Counted from the first letter of the stretch, positions 10,212-20,901 are shown. The stretch: DNA of 64,000 nt from an uncultured cyanobacterium (GCA_963710605.1 CAVQBA010000006.1:1-64000), one strand, 5' to 3'. The notes: generated from the letters alone by a model not told the origin. Program-made: numbers and translations.

Positions 10212-10300
10212 TCAATCTTTAATAATGGAGGATGAAGATTAAAAGATGAAGCAAAAACTAAAAAGTAAAAAGTACTAATTCTACATTTACGCATTTACGC

Positions 10301-10340
10301 ATTCTCCCCGAATAATTGCTCGAAGAGCAAGAATTCATCT
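10301..10340 (+). repeat. Short dispersed repeat family A, copy 1
   Basis: ATTCTCCCCGAATAATTGC-TCGAAGAGCAA-GAATTCATC. Confidence 0.75.
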
Positions 10341-10357
10341 TCATTCTCCATTCATTT

Positions 10358-12034
10358 TTACTCTTCTTGTTGAGTAAGTTGATTACCCTGAGTATTTAAA
10401 GGTGAAAAATCTGGCCAAAAAACGATCGATTCATTTAAAGGCTCAAGTTTAGTATTAGGGTAGTAAAATTCAAGTATCTTTTGAGCTGTCCAACCTCTTT
10501 TTGCTAGATTATAGCTACCAAACTGACTTAAACCAACTCCATGCCCAAAACCACCGCCAACAAAAGCATAACCAGCCAAATTTTGTTGATCATTATAAAA
10601 AGGTTCAAGATAAAATAAAGTACTACGAGGAGGTCCAAACGCACTTCTTACTTCATTTTTTTGTAACTCAACCACTCCAGCATCAGTTGTTACGTTTAAT
10701 TGTAATATTCTACCCGAATTAGAACGCTCAACTACTTGCATTTGTTTTACTTGTTCAAAATAGGATAAAGGATGTTTGATTTTAGTTAGATATTTTTTTA
10801 AATCCTTAGTTATATCATCAATGCTACTTTTTTTATTCCAACGAAACAAACTTCTACCAGTTTCGTTAAATCCCTGATTAAGAGCAATAAATCTTTTAAA
10901 ATTAGCTTCAGACTCCAAACTATTGTTTTCAAAATCCCACAGTTTTTGCGGAGAATCAACCACAGGTTTAAGATAAGGACGATTATCTCCATTCCAAACA
11001 TCACTAAAATTAGAGGTAATACCACCGCTAGTAGAAGAATATAAAGCATCAACTAACTCATTGTTGTAAGTTAAAACTAATCCTTTAGTCGATCGAATTG
11101 CCTTATCAGAGATAGGAGAAGTACCCGTTAAACCATAATAAACCTGACAATGAGTTGTGGCACAAAGCTCGTAATTATCGGCTTGAAAACGACGAGTATT
11201 ACGTAAAGCATAAGTACGAGCAATAATAGTTTGGGCTTCTGCCGCCGCTGAAGGTACATTACTACCAATCTCATGAGGCACAACTCCCCTTAGATAGGTT
11301 TCTATATCTACTTTATTAACTAAAGTATAATTACCATAAGCATTAGGTTGAATAGTGAAACTACCACCATATTTACGCCATTTACCCTTCTGTTGACTTT
11401 CGTCTTTAATTTGAACAATTCCTTTATTACTTTGAATTTGTAGATAATTAACCTGATAAGTTTTTCCGTTTACCTCAAAAGAAACTTGTGGCACTTCCTG
11501 TAAAACTTCTGTTTCGATGTAAGCATTATGTCCTTTCTCCTGTATTTTTTCCAGTAAAAGCCTTTTAAGTAACGCCGTATTATAAGTACTTCTTTTTGCC
11601 CAGACTTGCCAACGCCCTGGTTGAGTTATTTCTACATCAATTCCCAACGAATGCCAACGTTTAGCATCATCTTCTGCTGTTTCAAATGTACCATGATCTC
11701 CCAAAATTAATCTTTCTTCTAGATATTTTTGAGCTAACTGTTGCGAAACCATACTCAATTTTATTTCTGAAGTCGTGATTGTTTGGTTTTGCTTAGTTTG
11801 TGTATCAGTAAATGTCAGCATCAACAAATCACCTTGATTACTTTTGATGGTGATAGTATCTTTTGATTCATCACCAAATCTTTGCACAATTCCAACTTCG
11901 ATATCATAAGCATTAGCCGATTGATGTGGAGTCGATAAGAAAAAACTAGTCGTGGCTAACAACGGTAAGCCAAAGCAAAATTTAGCGGTGATTGATGGCA
12001 AGTTATTCAGTTTTAGCCTTTGATTCAACTTCAT
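10358..12034 (-). CDS. SpoIID/LytB domain protein
   Basis: ETYLRGVVPHEI, AQTIIARTYA, CATTHCQVY, GGGFGHGVGLSQ; signal peptide. Confidence 0.9.
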   Translation of the reverse strand: MKLNQRLKLNNLPSITAKFCFGLPLLATTSFFLSTPHQSANAYDIEVGIVQRFGDESKDTITIKSNQGDLLMLTFTDTQTKQNQTITTSEIKLSMVSQQLAQKYLEERLILGDHGTFETAEDDAKRWHSLGIDVEITQPGRWQVWAKRSTYNTALLKRLLLEKIQEKGHNAYIETEVLQEVPQVSFEVNGKTYQVNYLQIQSNKGIVQIKDESQQKGKWRKYGGSFTIQPNAYGNYTLVNKVDIETYLRGVVPHEIGSNVPSAAAEAQTIIARTYALRNTRRFQADNYELCATTHCQVYYGLTGTSPISDKAIRSTKGLVLTYNNELVDALYSSTSGGITSNFSDVWNGDNRPYLKPVVDSPQKLWDFENNSLESEANFKRFIALNQGFNETGRSLFRWNKKSSIDDITKDLKKYLTKIKHPLSYFEQVKQMQVVERSNSGRILQLNVTTDAGVVELQKNEVRSAFGPPRSTLFYLEPFYNDQQNLAGYAFVGGGFGHGVGLSQFGSYNLAKRGWTAQKILEFYYPNTKLEPLNESIVFWPDFSPLNTQGNQLTQQEE

Positions 12035-12244
12035 ATGTAATTGTAATTATCTTCACTTAGTCTTTTGAGAATAATTCTAACTTTTCTCACTGTCAAGATT
12101 TGCTGATCATTTTTATTGAGTCAGTTTAATTAATTTAACACCAAATTTTGATCAACAATTTATTAACAATGATTATAATATATAAACTATTATTACATTA
12201 TTAGTCAGTCAGGTTCTCAAGTTATAGATCAAGACAATTTGAGG

Positions 12245-12634
12245 TTAGGATAGTTCCCGTAGATAGCTTAACAAATCTGCCATATCTTTAGTTGAAGGCT
12301 GAAATTTAGGCATGGGGGGAGTATTGCCACCTACTACTTGTTGAATAATTTGTGATTGTGATTTATGATGTGAAATTGCGATTAAACTAGGCCCCACATT
12401 TCCTGTCGCATTAATCCCATGGCAACCTGCACAATTAACTTGAAAAATACTCTCTCCTCTACTAAGATTACCATCGTATGCTAAAACTTTTTCTATATAA
12501 GGGTCATTCGCTGTTGGAAAAAAATACCAGATTGATATTCCTGATAAAATTACGATTATTGCTGTGATTATAATTTTTGTTAATATTGTCTGTTGATTCT
12601 GATTATAATTTGTTTCAGTCAATTGGTTATTCAC
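12245..12634 (-). CDS. cytM: Cytochrome cM
   Basis: N-terminal TM, CAGCH heme motif, GNTPPMPKFQP; GTG start. Confidence 0.9.
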   Translation of the reverse strand: MNNQLTETNYNQNQQTILTKIIITAIIVILSGISIWYFFPTANDPYIEKVLAYDGNLSRGESIFQVNCAGCHGINATGNVGPSLIAISHHKSQSQIIQQVVGGNTPPMPKFQPSTKDMADLLSYLRELS

Positions 12635-12937
12635 GAGTTCATCATTAAGTTTTTCAATAATCTATTTACATTTTGCAACATTTTGTTTGATAAACCTACT
12701 TACTTAAGGTTTTATCAAGATTTACGTGCTTTTGAGGAGAATTAAAGAAACAATACTTAATGAATTTTTGTAAACCTTATCAACTTGCTAAGTTAAAAAA
12801 ATAGTTCAAATTTATTGATTAAATAATGATGTTCGCTAATGAGTAATCGGTAATGAGTTGAAATTCAATGATAGGATAAAAAGTACAACAAATTTACAAT
12901 AAATTGATCAAGATTAGAAATCTGGAGATTATTAGCA

Positions 12938-13063
12938 ATGATTGAACCTTTATTACTTGGTATCGTTTTGGGCTTAATTCCTGTTACCTTATTGGGCTTA
13001 TTTTTCGCCGCTTATCGTCAATATAAACGTAGTAGTGAAATTGGTGTTGACTCGAATTCATAA
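12938..13063 (+). CDS. petG: Cytochrome b6f subunit V (PetG), 41 aa, not in ORF track
   Basis: [35 protein letters not shown] upstream; divergent from cytM. Confidence 0.95.
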   Translation: MIEPLLLGIVLGLIPVTLLGLFFAAYRQYKRSSEIGVDSNS

Positions 13064-13228
13064 TTAAACTTTTTCCTTTTTCTTGTGTTAGCTTATTTCT
13101 CACCATATGAAGATGATTATGATCAAAAATAGTTAACAAGTTAGTGAAAAGTTGATTCTTTGTTGATAGAGACAAGATATATTTTTTTGTCTCTACGTCT
13201 AAAACGATCGATATTATCTGTGATTATG

Positions 13229-14080
13229 TTATGGCATAACGATCGCTTCAAAACCAATCTGGGTTAAAGATTGAGAGACTTGTTGGATATTTTCATTACT
13301 ACTAAAAATACCGATTTGTAAAAAAGAATCTCCGTTTATTCTTTTGTTGAAGGCTTGAGGGTAATGTGATTTAATTAGTAATTTTTCTTCTTCGTTATTT
13401 ACTTTAACTAAAACTTTACGCGCTTGTTGATTTGTTACAGAAGCAGAAAGGATAACCGAAGTATTATTATTTGTTTGTCTATTGGTGACGGTTGTTGAAT
13501 TATTATTACTGATAGACGGACTTGATTGTATTAAAATATCTTTTAACGATCGTCTATTTCCTTGCTGTTGAGGTAAAGATGGTTGAGTATTTTGGTTATT
13601 GCTACTAACGCTACTAGGAGTAACATTTGTTGTTTTAGCTTGTGTTGTTGATTTTGATTGATGATTTGTCTTTACAACTTCATTATCTTCTGTGGGAGTT
13701 GTATTAAAAGGAGAAACAGAAATAGATGTATTCGTTGGATCAGTTGATGTGTTATCGTTATCCTTATTACTGTTACTTTGCTTACTATAAGGTTGAGCTA
13801 AAGGCGGAATAGCGGGTAATGATTGAGAAGAAGAAGTAAGTGAGCCTTTTACTTGCGAAGAGCGACGAGGAGTAGGATTAGCATCAATATAAACTGTCTC
13901 AGTTATCTTACTTGCAGGAGGTGTATTAGTATCTAATGGTATAGTTTGTACACTAGAATCATTATAAGGGTCAATACTAATGGATTCAGTTACTTGAGCG
14001 GTAGCTTTTGTACCGATAAATAAACTAACGAAAAAAACTAATATAGTAGTAGTTTGATGGGTTGTTTGATGATTGAACAT
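13229..14080 (-). CDS. Secreted Ser/Thr/Asn-rich protein with a C-terminal SPOR-like domain
   Basis: Signal peptide (ATA-Q), low-complexity linker, YPQAF...LQIGIFSS..N tail. Confidence 0.6.
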   Translation of the reverse strand: MFNHQTTHQTTTILVFFVSLFIGTKATAQVTESISIDPYNDSSVQTIPLDTNTPPASKITETVYIDANPTPRRSSQVKGSLTSSSQSLPAIPPLAQPYSKQSNSNKDNDNTSTDPTNTSISVSPFNTTPTEDNEVVKTNHQSKSTTQAKTTNVTPSSVSSNNQNTQPSLPQQQGNRRSLKDILIQSSPSISNNNSTTVTNRQTNNNTSVILSASVTNQQARKVLVKVNNEEEKLLIKSHYPQAFNKRINGDSFLQIGIFSSNENIQQVSQSLTQIGFEAIVMP

Positions 14081-14670
14081 AACTCAAGATTTATGGTGAT
14101 AAATTAAGATGACGTGACAAAAATGAATTAATATCCCTTAAGTTTCGGTTTTTTCTCTTCTATCGTGGTTTTCAATCTAAAAAAATTTGACCTAACTTAA
14201 CTGATTACTAACTGGCATATACTAGCATGAAAACAGTTGATAGTTGCTTAGATTGTATCTTGAATAAAACTTTTTTTTGTTAAGATAAACTGTTGCTATT
14301 GACAAAGGTCTATTTTTTATGTTAAATTTGTATTATATAATGGAAATCTGGTCAATTTCAAAAATGCATAAAATACTACCATTATGAACTTTATATTTAT
14401 ATACTAACATAAATTGCGTTCATAATCAATCTAAAAAAACAATAAATAAAATTAAGTTGAGTTAGAACGAGAACAAACCCAAAACTTATAATGAAGGAGT
14501 AAGGAGTAAGAAGAATGAGTGAATTCAACTCTTGCATGGAGTGCCTTTTTTTAACTTTTAACTTTTAACACCTAACTTACCCTTAGCACTTTGTTGACCA
14601 GACTATTGTTTAGGGGACAGTTATCAGCTAAAATAGGAAATTATTAATGTTGATATTAGGAAGATAAAAA

Positions 14671-14766
14671 ATGTTTGGAGTATTTGCTTATATTGGTATC
14701 ATACTTGCGTTTACAGGAGTTGCTGTAGCTTTATTTTGGGGGCTTCGGGCAATCAAGTTTCTTTAA
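14671..14766 (+). CDS. petL: Cytochrome b6f subunit VI (PetL), 31 aa, not in ORF track
   Basis: MFGVFAYIGIILAFTGVAVALFWGLRAIKFL: single TM with the LFxGLRxIKL-type ending. Confidence 0.85.
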   Translation: MFGVFAYIGIILAFTGVAVALFWGLRAIKFL

Positions 14767-14867
14767 GTTTAATCCTCAATGGTTAGTGATATTTTGTCAT
14801 TAATCATTTGAGTTACAATCAAGCTTTGTCAAAGATTACAGTTGATTATACTAGTTCACAATGGAGT

Positions 14868-16571
14868 CTAAAAACCTATGTCTGCTCTAGCTGAGTCGGC
14901 GGCGGCAAATACTTCTCGATCGCTTTTTTCTTGCCAATCGTTGTCTCCTATCTCTGTGTAGAAATCATTATCGTAAGGACGAGTACGTACCACAACAGGC
15001 ATAGGTACAGCATGACCTAAAATCAAAGCTTGTTGTTTAGAATCAAGTTTAGATAAAACCGATCGTAATCCATTAGCACCAGAAACACCTGTAAAAATAG
15101 CATCAATATCTTTATCATCATTAAGCAGACAAGTGATACGAGTACCAACTTGAGACATCACCTCATTATCAATCCCTGAAGGACGTTGATCGACAATAAG
15201 TAAGGTTACAAAGTATTTTCGCATCTCACGGGCGATCGTGCCAAAAATAGTTTGATTAACAATCTTAGAATCAAGAAAACGGTGAGCTTCTTCTATTGTA
15301 ATCACTAACTGACGAGGTCGATCCAGAGCATTTTTAGTTTGGAGATAATGCTCAGCTTTTTTGACATAAGCACTATGAATCCGACGAGTAATCATATTCG
15401 TCACCAACATATAAGAAAGCATATTACCTTGTGAACCAAATTCAACCACTACATTTTTATTCCCATCCAACAACGCTAGAATTTCTTTGATGTAATTATG
15501 AGGGCAAACCGATTTCATGTATTTAAGACTCTCAAGCCGTTTGAGTTTTCTTTGTAATGCCATAATCGAACCTTGATGCCCTTGTTTTTCGGTACAAAAC
15601 ATCTGGATATCTTCATTAGACATATTGATGAGGGTATAAATCCAATCTGGACCAAATTCTGAGGCTAATACATTTGCATTATCTAAACTCGCTTCGGATA
15701 AACCTAATTCTCTAGCAATCAAACGCAAATCTTCAATCTCAATTTGGTTATAACTCAAATACAATTCATTAGCATTTGTCACACCACGACGTAAAGTTGA
15801 TTCGGCATCGAGGGTATATATTTCTACCCGATTAGGAAATAGTTGTTTTAAACCTTTGACTGTATTAGCATTCTTACCCTCAGTGATGGCTTCCCAACCA
15901 TATTCCGAGTGCATATCAAACATCAAATTAACCCCTGCTTCTTTTTTAATTACCCCTGAAAGTAAGAGTCGAGTTAAAAATGATTTACCTGTACCTGATT
16001 TACCAAAGATGCCGTTACTTCTTTCGACTAAACGCCCTAAATCAATACAAACTGGTACATCCATATCTAAAGGTTGCCCGATCGAAAAATTATTTCTCTG
16101 TATATCATCTTCTGAACCAAACACGGAGCGAAAATCGTTTTCTGTGGATTCATAAACGGGGCTAAAATGGCTAGGAATGGTCTTTACAGGGAGCAGTTGC
16201 AAGTCTGTTTCTAATCCTGTCAAACGAGGTATATTATCAAATCCACCTATTGCGTCATCTTCAACTGGAGTTAGGGTTAGCATCAGCATCGGGGCGATTT
16301 CGATCGTACCATAGGTATCACTACCTGCTAGGACATCTAACCAAAATGTGTCATTATGATCAGGAGGATGGGCAAAGATACGAGGATTTGATGTACCTAA
16401 AGAAACATCAGTTAGTAAGCAGAAAAATCTCGATCGAGTACCTTGGACAACTAAAAACTTACCTACACGCATATCTTCTACTGATATATCAGGTAATAAT
16501 CTTACTTCTAATCCATCACTTAATGAGCCTTGAATAACTGAACCTAATGCTTGAGGTTGATTAAAATCCAT
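14868..16571 (-). CDS. HerA/DUF87-like ATPase with an N-terminal HAS-barrel domain
   Basis: Walker A GKSGTGKS, FDMHSEY, Walker B ITIEEAHRF, IAREMRKY, DQRPS. Confidence 0.85.
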   Translation of the reverse strand: MDFNQPQALGSVIQGSLSDGLEVRLLPDISVEDMRVGKFLVVQGTRSRFFCLLTDVSLGTSNPRIFAHPPDHNDTFWLDVLAGSDTYGTIEIAPMLMLTLTPVEDDAIGGFDNIPRLTGLETDLQLLPVKTIPSHFSPVYESTENDFRSVFGSEDDIQRNNFSIGQPLDMDVPVCIDLGRLVERSNGIFGKSGTGKSFLTRLLLSGVIKKEAGVNLMFDMHSEYGWEAITEGKNANTVKGLKQLFPNRVEIYTLDAESTLRRGVTNANELYLSYNQIEIEDLRLIARELGLSEASLDNANVLASEFGPDWIYTLINMSNEDIQMFCTEKQGHQGSIMALQRKLKRLESLKYMKSVCPHNYIKEILALLDGNKNVVVEFGSQGNMLSYMLVTNMITRRIHSAYVKKAEHYLQTKNALDRPRQLVITIEEAHRFLDSKIVNQTIFGTIAREMRKYFVTLLIVDQRPSGIDNEVMSQVGTRITCLLNDDKDIDAIFTGVSGANGLRSVLSKLDSKQQALILGHAVPMPVVVRTRPYDNDFYTEIGDNDWQEKSDREVFAAADSARADIGF

Positions 16572-16708
16572 ATTGTCGCCACTATATTAATTATTCTTCA
16601 TCTGGTCACCATACAGACAGGTTAACACTACTTTCATTAATTCAGTAGTAGATAATATAAAGATACTATCATATTTACACAATATGTAGTGTAAGTAATG
16701 GAGAATGG

Positions 16709-16753
16709 AGATGAATTCACGGCGAAGCAATTATTCGGGGAGAATTGAGAATT
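16709..16753 (-). repeat. Short dispersed repeat family A, copy 2
   Basis: Reverse complement ATTCTCCCCGAATAATTGC-TTCGCCGT-GAATTCATC, inside (TTCTCAA/TTCTCCA) heptamers. Confidence 0.75.
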
Positions 16754-16816
16754 AAATACAAAAAATTCTTGATAACTTTTACTTTAGGTAACTAAATACG
16801 CCATTAAAAAAAGTTC

Positions 16817-16895
16817 GTAGTTATGGCTTTAGCCATGATTTCAACAAGCCCTAAAAGTATTTTTTATTGAAGGGTGCTACCAAATGCACCCCTAC
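16817..16895. repeat. Two GTAG-headed REP-like hairpins in opposite orientation
   Basis: GTAG-TT-ATGGCT-TT-AGCCAT (16817-16836); on minus strand GTAG-GGGTGC-ATTTGGTA-GCACCC (16872-16895). Confidence 0.55.
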
Positions 16896-16913
16896 AGTAG
16901 GTTATTAAACTTC

Positions 16914-18623
16914 TTAATTGTTTGAGCGTTTAGTTTGACGAAAGCTTTTTTTGAGGAGGAGAAATTGCGATCGTAAGTAGTCTGTATTGGGGGTAATATC
17001 ACCATAACGCCATGTGACATAATTGTTGGTAATTAGATTAATGATTTCTAATTGTTCAGCTAAAAAAATATGTTCTAAACTAGAAGTATATTCATAAGGA
17101 GTTTGAGCGAGTCTTTTAGGATGACCTTTTTTATCTAATAAATTGAGCATCTCTCGATACAATTTGGCAACAGGATGAAGTTTATTACCAAAAGAAGTAG
17201 TAGAAGTTTTGTTTTTAAAATACTTGAAGATAAACCAACAAATAACAGCTACTATAATTATCAGTAAGATAATAACTAAACTATTGATTAGTAATTGCCA
17301 CAATAAACCTAACCAATCGGGTTGATTTTCGTAACCATTACCTTTATCTTGAGGATTACCAAATAATTCGGCGAAAAACTCTTTTATTTTGTCTAATAAT
17401 TTGGCTTCACCGTCTCCTAATTCTCCTTGATTCGATCGACCATTTTCTCCTCCTTCTCCTCCCAAGGATTGTGGCTGATAATTATAACGGGGTAATATAG
17501 CTGAAATGATCAATCCTGAAAATAAGATAATTAAAGCATAGACATAAGTCTTGTTACCGAAAATTTTTGTATTAAGTGATGAAGATGATTTTTGTTTTTG
17601 TTGTAACGATCGATTTTCCCAATTACTCAATCCCATTTTGAAACGATGATATAAACTCAGAGTAGGAATAGCAACGATCGAAAATATTATTAACCAAGCA
17701 GTAAAAAGGAAGAAACTATCATCAGATAAACTACCTGCAACTCCTATTAAGATGAGGCTATTTATCATTGATGCACCCAGATAAAAATTCAAGCTAAATA
17801 TAAGTTGTACTCGGATGGAAAATCCAGCTATTAACAGAGGAAGACTACTTGTCGTTGGTTGGGTTAACCATAAATAACACATTATGATAGCTATCCAAAT
17901 ACAAACATTGACAGCTAAATTGAGCTTGTTGTTATTTTGATGTTTATTTCTTTTTGCCCAACCTATACCGATAGCAAAACTAATCAAAGGAATTGCCCAC
18001 AAACTAAAAAATATTGAAGTAGATGAAGTATTAGTGACAGCAAAAAAATCGATCGCTATAATACCAATAAATACTAAACTATGAATTAATCCGACTAATA
18101 GAATCGAATCTCTTGTCTTTTCTTCCTCGGCGATACCTTGATTAACTTTTAAAGGTTGAAATGATTGATTTGTAATTGAGGTAGATGTGTTTTCTACTTT
18201 AGTTAATACTTGTACTAATTGAGTCTTTAATTGACGTGGATTGACTCCTAATTTTTTGAGAATACTACTAGCTAAAATATCACCAGTTAAAGCCCAAAGT
18301 AAATGTTGTGCCGTGACATAGTCATCACCTAATTGATGAGATTTATTTGCCGATAATTGAAAAATTCGTTTGGCAGGATCGTTAAACGGCAAATCTGCTT
18401 TAGTATAATGAGAGCCTTTTCTAATGATTTTTTCGGTTTTAATTCGAGCGTCTTCTAAATTAACGCCCATCGATTTGAGAATTTTTGCTCCTGTATCGGT
18501 ATCTTGAGCTATGATACCTAACAAAAGATGTCCTGTCGTCACACAATTATGTTCTAATAAATGAGCCTCGTTTTGGGCTAAGGCAATCACTTTGATAGCA
18601 TTATCAGTAAAATTCTCAAACAT
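16914..18623 (-). CDS. Chimeric membrane protein: ClpC N-terminal repeat domain + TgpA/DUF3488-like TM region + DUF4129, without a transglutaminase domain
   Basis: aa 1-140 resemble the ClpC NTD (MFENFTDNAIKVIALAQNEA..HLLLG..AKILKSMGVNLEDAR); DSILL..SLWAIPL..LILIGVAGSLS resembles the cyanobacterial TgpA N-terminus; C-terminus LYREML..AQTPYEY..YVTWRYG. Confidence 0.75.
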   Translation of the reverse strand: MFENFTDNAIKVIALAQNEAHLLEHNCVTTGHLLLGIIAQDTDTGAKILKSMGVNLEDARIKTEKIIRKGSHYTKADLPFNDPAKRIFQLSANKSHQLGDDYVTAQHLLWALTGDILASSILKKLGVNPRQLKTQLVQVLTKVENTSTSITNQSFQPLKVNQGIAEEEKTRDSILLVGLIHSLVFIGIIAIDFFAVTNTSSTSIFFSLWAIPLISFAIGIGWAKRNKHQNNNKLNLAVNVCIWIAIIMCYLWLTQPTTSSLPLLIAGFSIRVQLIFSLNFYLGASMINSLILIGVAGSLSDDSFFLFTAWLIIFSIVAIPTLSLYHRFKMGLSNWENRSLQQKQKSSSSLNTKIFGNKTYVYALIILFSGLIISAILPRYNYQPQSLGGEGGENGRSNQGELGDGEAKLLDKIKEFFAELFGNPQDKGNGYENQPDWLGLLWQLLINSLVIILLIIIVAVICWFIFKYFKNKTSTTSFGNKLHPVAKLYREMLNLLDKKGHPKRLAQTPYEYTSSLEHIFLAEQLEIINLITNNYVTWRYGDITPNTDYLRSQFLLLKKSFRQTKRSNN

Positions 18624-18734
18624 AATTTTCGATCGACACTTGATAACTTACTTTACATTACTCAGACATTTTTATCTTAGGTGATTTCTACTAATAAAAA
18701 TACGATGAGCGATGACGATAAGTTTAAAAAAAAA

Positions 18735-18771
18735 CCCCCCTCTCCTCGCAGGAGAGGGGTTGGGGGTGAGG
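18735..18771. repeat. GC-rich hairpin repeat CCCCTCTCC-TCGCA-GGAGAGGGG-TTGGGGGTGAGG
   Basis: Inverted repeat downstream of cupS; common cyanobacterial intergenic repeat type and possible terminator. Confidence 0.6.
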
Positions 18772-18831
18772 TTAAATCAAAAGGCTATATTTTAATTATT
18801 AATTATTCATTATTAATTATTCATTACAAAA

Positions 18832-19233
18832 CTATCCCATCAAGATGACATTATCAATTACATGAATAACTCCATTATCAGCTTCAATATCAGCCATGAC
18901 AACTGTGGCATTTTTAACTTCAAAATTATCACTACAATCGATCGAAATTGGTGAGCCTTCAACAGAAATAACCGAATCAACTTTTTCTAAATCAGCCTTC
19001 ATCAATTTACCTGAAACAACATGATAAGTCAAAATTCTGCCTAGTTGAGGAGGATTTTGAACTAAAGTTGTAATCGTGCCTTCAGGTAGCTTAGCAAAGG
19101 CGGCATCTGTTGGGGCAAAGACTGTAAAAGGGCCATCACTTTTAAGCACATCAACTAAATTAGCGGCTTGTACGGCGGCAACTAAAGTATTAAAATCATC
19201 ATTACTAACTGCAATATCAACTATATCTGGCAT
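18832..19233 (-). CDS. cupS: Fasciclin-domain protein CupS of NDH-1MS
   Basis: [25 protein letters not shown]; directly downstream of cupA. Confidence 0.9.
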   Translation of the reverse strand: MPDIVDIAVSNDDFNTLVAAVQAANLVDVLKSDGPFTVFAPTDAAFAKLPEGTITTLVQNPPQLGRILTYHVVSGKLMKADLEKVDSVISVEGSPISIDCSDNFEVKNATVVMADIEADNGVIHVIDNVILMG

Positions 19234-19401
19234 GGTTAATTATTTCCTTTTGTTTAGTGGTTTTTTTTTTAAATAATCGCCTTGCAATGAATTGACAAGG
19301 CTAACACAATGGCGTTCATTAAAATGAACTAATCATTAAAAATTTATACTTACTTAGATAAAAGGGTACAAACGAAAGCACCCTTACAAATTTAATTCTC
19401 A

Positions 19402-19438
19402 ATTCTCACCGAAGACGTGCTTCGATAAGGGATTCATC
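19402..19438 (+). repeat. Short dispersed repeat family A, copy 3 (diverged)
   Basis: ATTCTCACCGAA-GACGTGC-TTCGATAAGG-GATTCATC inside TTCTCAA heptamers. Confidence 0.55.
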
Positions 19439-19465
19439 ACGGGTTCTCAATTTTCAATTCTCTAC

Positions 19466-20755
19466 CTATCGATAATCAGCAGTTTGAATATCATCAAGTC
19501 TTGCTTCGGGGCGTTTGAATCTATCCATTTGCATTTCAAAAAAGGCGCGATTTTTTTCTAAATGTTTAGGATTCTCATCATCAAGAGGATAAAGTAAAGC
19601 CGCTCTTAATGCTTGAATTACTGCTGAAGTTACATTGTACATCGATCGTTGGAATGTAACACCCAATTGAATCAACATATCATCTTCTCCACGACAATGT
19701 TTTTGGTAATATTCCACGAGATAAGGAGGAAGAAAATGCAACATATCATCCATTAATAATGTAGGCGGAATACCGGCACTACCGACAGGGAAGACATCAG
19801 CATAAAGAATACCATAATGAAAATCTTGTTGCTCTTGAGGTATTTGTTTGGCTTGTGCGTTATAAGATTTTGTCCCACGGAATGGAGAAGTACGATAAAA
19901 AACAGCTTCTACATAAGGTAACGCCGCTTCATAAAGCCAAGTAAATCCTTTTTCTTTCGGTATAATCGGGTAGCATTCGCCGTCTATATATACATTATGA
20001 TATATTGGTCTTCCTGCAACCGCAAAAATTCCGTTAACCAAAAAGTCCATCGCATCAGGCACGCCTTTAAAACCACCTTCATCATAAATATCAGACATTT
20101 CAAAGAAGACAGGTGCCATCACCTCCCAAAATAAACCCAAATTAGAATAGTAAGATAACTGCTTAACTTGCTCTAAAAACATTTCGGGAAATGATTTATA
20201 TAAACCCATCATCACAGGATTATTTTTAAAAAAGGCTTTGATAGCAATATCTGCGTTAGCTTTGTATTCATCGGTATCGAGATATTTATCAAATTCACCC
20301 AAACCCATATCCTTACCGTGCCATAACATAGCCCGCATACAAGCCTCAGCAAATTCCATGTTAATACGATCGTGTAACAGATGATGTACTAATTTTGGCA
20401 TCTTCTTAGTTTCGCCCTTCTCCATAAAAGCGAGTAACTCTGGATGTGCAGTCGCTTCTCCTCGCCAGATTCGTAAATCTGCACCTTCTCCTGCATAATG
20501 ATTTGGTAAGTCTAAATATTCTTGAGGCAGAAAATATTTAAAGAAAGGTAACGGTTGCAAAAATACTCTTTCAGCGATATAAAGTAAATCACGCCAATAA
20601 AAATCCATTGGCACTGCATAGGCTTTATAAATACCGATAATCTGCATCAAATTCTCAGGAGTATCAGGTAACATCGAGCCACCTGCTTCTAAACGATGAA
20701 TTACATTAGCAAATGGATGCTTAGATGGTGGTAGTTTTGTTTTTAATTGTGTCAT
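19466..20755 (-). CDS. cupA: CO2 hydration protein CupA (ChpY)
   Basis: IHRLEAGGSMLPDTPENLMQIIGIYKAYA, HDRINMEFAEAC; position in ndhF3-D3 operon. Confidence 0.95.
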   Translation of the reverse strand: MTQLKTKLPPSKHPFANVIHRLEAGGSMLPDTPENLMQIIGIYKAYAVPMDFYWRDLLYIAERVFLQPLPFFKYFLPQEYLDLPNHYAGEGADLRIWRGEATAHPELLAFMEKGETKKMPKLVHHLLHDRINMEFAEACMRAMLWHGKDMGLGEFDKYLDTDEYKANADIAIKAFFKNNPVMMGLYKSFPEMFLEQVKQLSYYSNLGLFWEVMAPVFFEMSDIYDEGGFKGVPDAMDFLVNGIFAVAGRPIYHNVYIDGECYPIIPKEKGFTWLYEAALPYVEAVFYRTSPFRGTKSYNAQAKQIPQEQQDFHYGILYADVFPVGSAGIPPTLLMDDMLHFLPPYLVEYYQKHCRGEDDMLIQLGVTFQRSMYNVTSAVIQALRAALLYPLDDENPKHLEKNRAFFEMQMDRFKRPEARLDDIQTADYR

Positions 20756-20901
20756 GTTAATTAGTTAAGAGTTAAGAGTTAAGAGTTAAAAGTAGAGACG
20801 TATTTTGTGCAACATCTTGTATCTTTGCGGTGCAAAGTCTTGTATCTATTTTTGATAACAGAATGAAAAATATTTAATTGCTAATTGCTAATTACTAATT
20901 A

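Noticed and set aside
12984-13175. 63-aa minus-strand ORF
   Set aside because: Overlaps petG on the opposite strand and has no recognisable motif.
14593-14604. GTTGACCAGACT, reminiscent of IscB/HEARO RNA ends
   Set aside because: Only a 12-nt match, with no associated IscB/TnpB gene or further structure.
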